Both the position numbers and the translations under genes were made by a program. 64,000 nucleotides of DNA from an uncultured virus (IMG/VR IMGVR_UViG_3300006120_000013) (lineage: Duplodnaviria; Heunggongvirae; Uroviricota; Caudoviricetes): the IMG/VR virus record IMGVR_UViG_3300006120_000013; one strand, given 5' to 3'. The notes under the pieces are model-generated. The model was not told the DNA's origin. It was given only the letters and a program-made list of their open reading frames with translations, and did not search any database. This document shows positions 59,184 to 64,000 of this stretch, one piece after another (position 1 is the stretch's first letter; each line of letters opens with the position of its first letter).

Positions 59184-60071
59184 TTATCCGAAAAAATTTG
59201 ATTGGTCAAACGTTATTGGTATTTCATATTCTTCAGGTGCACCAGCAGCAATATCTTCTAGGGTTGCAACAACCTTCATAGGTTTTAACGAACTATTCTC
59301 TTTCATTTTTTCTAGATGCTTTAATATTAAGCTAAACATTTCTCTATCAGCATTACTAAAAAATTCAGATATTAATGCCTTATCAGTAACTTTACCTTCT
59401 GGGGTATCTATAGAAACTATGCTCTTAGTGACTATATTAATGGTTAAATCTGTTAATTTCTTAAAACTATTAGCAAATGCTTGTAGCTTTTGTTCGTCTG
59501 GAATTGTCTCATCATTAACTAACCTAAAAATTTTCTGTTCTTCGAAAGTTCTAAGACTGTTTTCTGTAAATTCTTTATAAGTTATTGGTCTAATTTCAAC
59601 AATAATTTCATCATTAATTCTAATATGTGGTTCAAATTGAAATGATGTAAGTTGATCTAATAGTATTCTTAAATCTATTTCGAAATCTTTTGACTCACCT
59701 GTTCCGGGAACTTTAGTTGTTAGTTCTAATTTTTCTCCATAGGTAGCAAGTCTAATAGCAATCAATACAGCATCACTATCAATACTAGGCATTGCCCAAG
59801 GATTTATAATATTTGGAATACAACTTTTAATAACATCAACAGTTGCTTCTCCATTTAAAAGAGCATCTGGGGTCTTAAAAGTTAGTTCATCCTTTGCAGT
59901 CATAGCATAAACTGGAATTTCTCCACTTTCAGTCATCTTAATTGCTCCAGGTGGATAAAAGTTTCCACCACTTGGTAACTTTAGATAAATTTTAGGTTGT
60001 CTAAAATACTTCTTTAAAGGATTAGCTGGGGCTTGATTAGAAGCCGAACTAGGAGGAAGTGGAAAATTCAT
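59184..60071 (-). CDS. gp26: Baseplate hub subunit, gp26-like
   Basis: YFRQPKIYLKLPSGG, MTAKDEL, D.D..LIAIR.ATYGE, C-terminal ITFDQSNFFG. Confidence 0.75.
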   Translation of the reverse strand: MNFPLPPSSASNQAPANPLKKYFRQPKIYLKLPSGGNFYPPGAIKMTESGEIPVYAMTAKDELTFKTPDALLNGEATVDVIKSCIPNIINPWAMPSIDSDAVLIAIRLATYGEKLELTTKVPGTGESKDFEIDLRILLDQLTSFQFEPHIRINDEIIVEIRPITYKEFTENSLRTFEEQKIFRLVNDETIPDEQKLQAFANSFKKLTDLTINIVTKSIVSIDTPEGKVTDKALISEFFSNADREMFSLILKHLEKMKENSSLKPMKVVATLEDIAAGAPEEYEIPITFDQSNFFG

Positions 60072-60082
60072 TTTTTACTCCA

Positions 60083-60113
60083 ATAAATAATGTGCGTATT
60101 CCTTATATTTATA
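60083..60113. promoter_or_regulatory. Face-to-face late promoters
   Basis: ATAAATA on + at 60083-60089 (toward the tape-measure gene) and TATAAATA on minus at 60113-60106 (toward gp26). Confidence 0.55.
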
Positions 60114-60137
60114 TGCGTAGATAACTGGTGAAAATTA

Positions 60138-63100
60138 ATGGCCAATAAAGATAAAGTTGTAGTTAAAGGAAGTGATTTTGATGGAGCAATTTTTGAAAAT
60201 GCTGCAACAGAAGAAACACTTAAATCTCTAGTTAAAGCACTTAACTCAAAAGAAAAAGGTGCAGGAGATAAAGCACAAAAACTTTTTAATAAGGCTCTTG
60301 AAAAAAATATTAGATATATCGAAGATTCGTCAGAAAAACATAAACAATACATAAAAGATTTAGAAAGTTTAAGTGAAAAAACAAAATCTTTTGGAAATAC
60401 TTTATATGATATTAGTGGAATGGCAATAAGTGGAACATTTTCATTAATCAGTTCTACTGGAAAATCGTTAGTTGATTTTTTTAATAAAGGATTTAATGCA
60501 TTTGAAAAAACAAATTCAGTTGGTGCAAGTTTTAATTATAATATTTTAGAATTAATGAAAACTGCTGCTGAAGCAAGAATGCCAATTGAAGAATTTACTC
60601 AATTTATCTCAGAAAATTCTAAAGCTCTTGCTGCATTTGGTGGAACTGTTACTGAAGGTGCAAAAGCATTCAGTGGAATACGAGATCAATTTACTGATCC
60701 TACTCTTAACAAAGAATTATACAATTTAGGATACAATTCAGAAAATCTTAATAAAATTTTAGCAAGACAATTGCAAACAGAAATGATTTCTGGTAGATCA
60801 AGAGAATTAGATAAAACAAAATTTACAAAAGAATTAAAAGAATATACAAAAGATTTAAATGTTCTTTCAAAAGTTACTGGAGTTTCTACAGATCAATTAC
60901 AAGAAGGTGTATTACAACAACTTTCTGATGGTAGAATGATGGCTTTACAAACAAAACTTACAGGTAAAGCCTTAATAAACTTTAGAGATGGATTAGCACT
61001 AATGAATGCTGAGTTAGATCCTAAAGTTTTTGATAGTTTAAAGAATATGATGAGTGGAGTTATCGATCCGGGAGATAAATTTGCAAAAATGTTAACTGTA
61101 GCTGCTCCAGGAATCTTAGAATTTCAAGAAGCATTAGGTGAAGGTCGATTAGACATTGAACAACAATTACGAGGATATGAAAGACAAGTTGGTCAAATTG
61201 AAAATTTTCTAGGAAGATTTTCTAAACAACAAATTGCTAGAATACCAGAACTTAAAGCAATGCAAGAATATCTTGCATCTATTAAGAAATTTACAGGATC
61301 AAATGGCAAAGCCGAACTTGAAGGAAGGCAAGCCATGGATGGAATAATCGGTTTATTCTCAAGTTTTGGAGAAATAATTAACAGAGTTAAAAATCTTTTT
61401 CTTAAAGCATTTGTTAGCAGTGGCACAATGAAAAAAATTCAAGATGCTTTTAATAAACTTGCAGAAATTATACAAAATAAAGCCCCTGCCATTATATCTA
61501 AATTAGAACCAGTTATGAATAAGGCTGCTGATTGGGTTGATCAACTTGTTGATAGTATTTCAAATTTCATTGATAGTTTCTTAAGAGGAGATTTAAAACC
61601 TGAAAATTTATGGAATTGGGTTAGACAAACATTTTCAGGTGCTATAAATGTTATAACAGAAGGTATAAGTGCTGTTATTAGTGGATTATTAGGACAAACT
61701 CCAGAACAACAATTACAAAAAGAAGCATATAAAAAAGCAACTCCAGAAGAACAAGAAAAAATGCGTAAAGAAAATCCTGCATTAGCACTTCCTGATGTTG
61801 GTGGTATGTTTGATAAAATGACTAGCGGATTAAAATCTTTAATAAGCATGGTTCCTTCATTAGCAGATTTAGGTAAGTTTTTTGGTGTAACAGCAGTAGG
61901 ATCTGTTGTAGCAGGAGCAGGACTTGCAGCAGGTATGGGATTTTTAGCAAATGGATTACAAAAATTAGTTGCTCCTGCTTGGGAATTAACAGTTCCGGTT
62001 GGAGTTTTAGGTGGAGCATTCTGGGCAGTTTCTGAAGCCATAAAATCTGTTGGTGATAGTTTTGGTAAAGTCATAGATTTCTTTAAATCTATGAAAGAAA
62101 TAAATGCTGATGAAATTATTAAAGGAACAGGTGCTATTACTTTACTTGGAGGAGCCATTGCTTCTTTAGGAGCAGGTGGAATTGTAAACTTCTTAGGTAG
62201 TGGTGGAATAGATAAATTAGTTGATTCTCTTAAGAAAATAAATGATATTAATATAGAAAAACTAACACAAGCTGGTCCAGCCTTAAAAGCATTTCATGAA
62301 GGAGTAGCATCTTTTACAGGTGGTGGAGTATTAGAAGCATTAGGCGACGGAATTAAGGAATTTGCCGGAGGAAAAGGTATAGAATCAATTGTATTTTCTT
62401 TATCAAATCTAGGAAAAATTGATTTATCTAAACTTGACTCTATTGGAAATGTTACAACATTATTAACATCTTTAAAACCATTTTTAGATACTAATGTTTC
62501 TCAAAAATTGCCAAACTCTATGAATACTGTAAAAGATTCTCTAATAAGTTTTGTCAAAGATACGTCCGAATCAATTTCTAAATTAACACCTTCTTCTGTA
62601 CAAGTTTTTGTCGGGTTCGTAGATGGACTTTCAAAGTTTTCTAGTGTCGATGTTACTAAAATATCAAACTTGTCTAATAGTTTAACAGAATCATTTGTTA
62701 ATCTCAATCAAATTAATTTTGATAATGCTAATAAAAATATATCTTCTTTTGCAGCAACTATATCTAAATTATCTAATTCTGACATGGTTGCTGTAAGCAA
62801 TTCTATTGCAGAAATTAGCAAAGTTAATACTACTATAAATGATAATCTCACAAATCAATCAAAAGGAGTTGATGATTATATAAAATCAATTGATAAATTG
62901 TCTGACAGTTTAACTAAATTAGAAAAACAATTAAAAGATATGCCTAGTATTGCTAAAGCCTCAGTTGATAATACTGCTTCACCGTCAACTAGAGTTATTG
63001 CTTCATCGAATCCTACTTCAGAAATGACCACAGATGACCTACAAAAACAACTAAATAATAAAATAGACGAATTGATAATACATATAGTAGAGATGAAGCA

Positions 63101-63152
63101 GAATACTAAAGATACTGCTGACTCTGTTAAAGGTCGTAGAAGCGCAGTTTAA
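60138..63152 (+). CDS. Tape-measure-like protein
   Basis: 1004 aa, helical, Ala/Gly/Ser-rich, with a central hydrophobic Gly/Ala segment; adjacent to hub genes. Confidence 0.65.
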   Translation: MANKDKVVVKGSDFDGAIFENAATEETLKSLVKALNSKEKGAGDKAQKLFNKALEKNIRYIEDSSEKHKQYIKDLESLSEKTKSFGNTLYDISGMAISGTFSLISSTGKSLVDFFNKGFNAFEKTNSVGASFNYNILELMKTAAEARMPIEEFTQFISENSKALAAFGGTVTEGAKAFSGIRDQFTDPTLNKELYNLGYNSENLNKILARQLQTEMISGRSRELDKTKFTKELKEYTKDLNVLSKVTGVSTDQLQEGVLQQLSDGRMMALQTKLTGKALINFRDGLALMNAELDPKVFDSLKNMMSGVIDPGDKFAKMLTVAAPGILEFQEALGEGRLDIEQQLRGYERQVGQIENFLGRFSKQQIARIPELKAMQEYLASIKKFTGSNGKAELEGRQAMDGIIGLFSSFGEIINRVKNLFLKAFVSSGTMKKIQDAFNKLAEIIQNKAPAIISKLEPVMNKAADWVDQLVDSISNFIDSFLRGDLKPENLWNWVRQTFSGAINVITEGISAVISGLLGQTPEQQLQKEAYKKATPEEQEKMRKENPALALPDVGGMFDKMTSGLKSLISMVPSLADLGKFFGVTAVGSVVAGAGLAAGMGFLANGLQKLVAPAWELTVPVGVLGGAFWAVSEAIKSVGDSFGKVIDFFKSMKEINADEIIKGTGAITLLGGAIASLGAGGIVNFLGSGGIDKLVDSLKKINDINIEKLTQAGPALKAFHEGVASFTGGGVLEALGDGIKEFAGGKGIESIVFSLSNLGKIDLSKLDSIGNVTTLLTSLKPFLDTNVSQKLPNSMNTVKDSLISFVKDTSESISKLTPSSVQVFVGFVDGLSKFSSVDVTKISNLSNSLTESFVNLNQINFDNANKNISSFAATISKLSNSDMVAVSNSIAEISKVNTTINDNLTNQSKGVDDYIKSIDKLSDSLTKLEKQLKDMPSIAKASVDNTASPSTRVIASSNPTSEMTTDDLQKQLNNKIDELIIHIVEMKQNTKDTADSVKGRRSAV

Positions 63153-63165
63153 TTGAAAGATCTAA

Positions 63166-64000
63166 ATGTCCTGGAAGAAATATTTTACTCCCGTTAATTC
63201 AAGTGGTAATTTAAGTCCATTTTCTAATTCGGGTGGAAGTTCTGCAAGTAAAACTAATTATTCATCATATCTTCCAGATGTTTATACTGGTAGTCCTAAT
63301 AGAATTGAACGTTATCTTCAGTATGATACTATGGATATGGACTCAGAAGTTAATGCTGCTCTTGATATTATTAGTGAATTTTCAACTCAAGAAAATGCAG
63401 AGAATGGAACTCCTTTCTTTATTAATTTTAGAGACAAAGCATCTAGTGTTGAGATTAAGTTAATACGTGATTATTTGCAAAAATGGAGCCGATTACAGAA
63501 GTTTGAAACACGTATGTTTCGAATATTTCGTAATGTGATGAAGTATGGAGACAGTTTTTTTATTAGAGATCCAGAAACATTAAAATGGTTTTACATTGAT
63601 CCAGGTAAATTAGTTAAAATTATTGTTAATGAAAGCGATGGTAAAAAACCAGAGCAATACATAATTCGTGATATTAATCCTAATTTTATTAATCTAACAG
63701 TTACACAAATTAATCCAAGCAACCAAAATACGCAACCTGGTGGTACTGCTTATGTTACAGGTGGAGCCGGAGCACGTGGTATGACTGGTGCTTATCCGCA
63801 GCAATCAGGAACAAGATTCAGTGTAGCACAGAATGAATTTGCTATTGAAGCAAAACATATGGTTCATCTTAGTCTAAGCGAAGGTTTAGATAACAATTAT
63901 CCATTTGGAAATTCATTGCTTGAATCAGTTTTTAAGGTTTATAAGCAAAAAGAGCTTTTAGAAGATGCAATTATCATTTATCGTGTTCAAAGAGCACCAG
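63166..64000 (+). CDS. gp20: Portal protein gp20, 3'-partial (absent from the ORF track)
   Basis: ATG 63166 opens MSWKKYFTPV...YDTMDMDSEVNAALDII...KYGD...LLEDAIIIYRVQRAP, running off the window; EDA..IYR..RAP is the T4 gp20 hallmark. Confidence 0.92.
   Translation, partial: MSWKKYFTPVNSSGNLSPFSNSGGSSASKTNYSSYLPDVYTGSPNRIERYLQYDTMDMDSEVNAALDIISEFSTQENAENGTPFFINFRDKASSVEIKLIRDYLQKWSRLQKFETRMFRIFRNVMKYGDSFFIRDPETLKWFYIDPGKLVKIIVNESDGKKPEQYIIRDINPNFINLTVTQINPSNQNTQPGGTAYVTGGAGARGMTGAYPQQSGTRFSVAQNEFAIEAKHMVHLSLSEGLDNNYPFGNSLLESVFKVYKQKELLEDAIIIYRVQRAP

Noticed and set aside
2340..62707. Short antisense or alternate-frame ORFs in the track (e.g. 2340-2681, 12408-12839, 21263-21580, 53802-54086, 56280-56666, 61541-62158)
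   Set aside because: They lie within or across well-supported genes, have no motifs, and are expected as shadows of codon bias.
63233..63463. 76-aa ORF from the track
   Set aside because: Out-of-frame shadow inside the portal gene that starts at 63166.
1..64000. CRISPR or TIGR-like array, tRNAs
   Set aside because: No regularly spaced repeat-spacer array or cloverleaf was seen; the tandem repeats found are intragenic and in-frame.
1..64000. Stop-codon reassignment, as seen in some large phages
   Set aside because: The standard code gives full-length, abutting genes, including a 16.4-kb ORF; TAA, TGA and TAG all terminate genes.

Overview
A 64 kb, AT-rich (about 30% GC by eye), densely coding segment of a large T4-superfamily (myovirus-like, probably jumbo-scale) phage genome read in the standard genetic code. 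From left to right: a partial acyl-CoA dehydrogenase (candidate auxiliary metabolic gene), a vWA/metallopeptidase, small hypotheticals, thyX and a repeat-containing tail-fibre-like gene. Next is an enzyme island (GNAT-like, 2OG-Fe(II) oxygenase-like, QueC-like, radical SAM, papain-like amidase, methyltransferase, four glycosyltransferase-like genes). A ~35 kb minus-strand tail/baseplate module follows (fibre paralogues, a 5464-aa giant wedge protein, gp6, gp25, gp5-like, hub, gp53, gp48/54-like). Then come the late sigma factor gp55, gp47/gp46, two Hc1-like basic proteins, three GIY-YIG ORFs, hub genes gp51/gp26, a tape-measure-like gene and the start of portal gp20. The most notable element is the only long non-coding gap in the window (57710-58102): GC-elevated, densely base-paired, with a candidate pseudoknot, directly behind two GIY-YIG nuclease genes. 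It looks like an unannotated large structured RNA. Also visible are T4-type late promoters (ATAAATA), two of which sit inside hairpins that occlude the ribosome-binding site. All assignments come from motif recognition by eye; no database searches were run.
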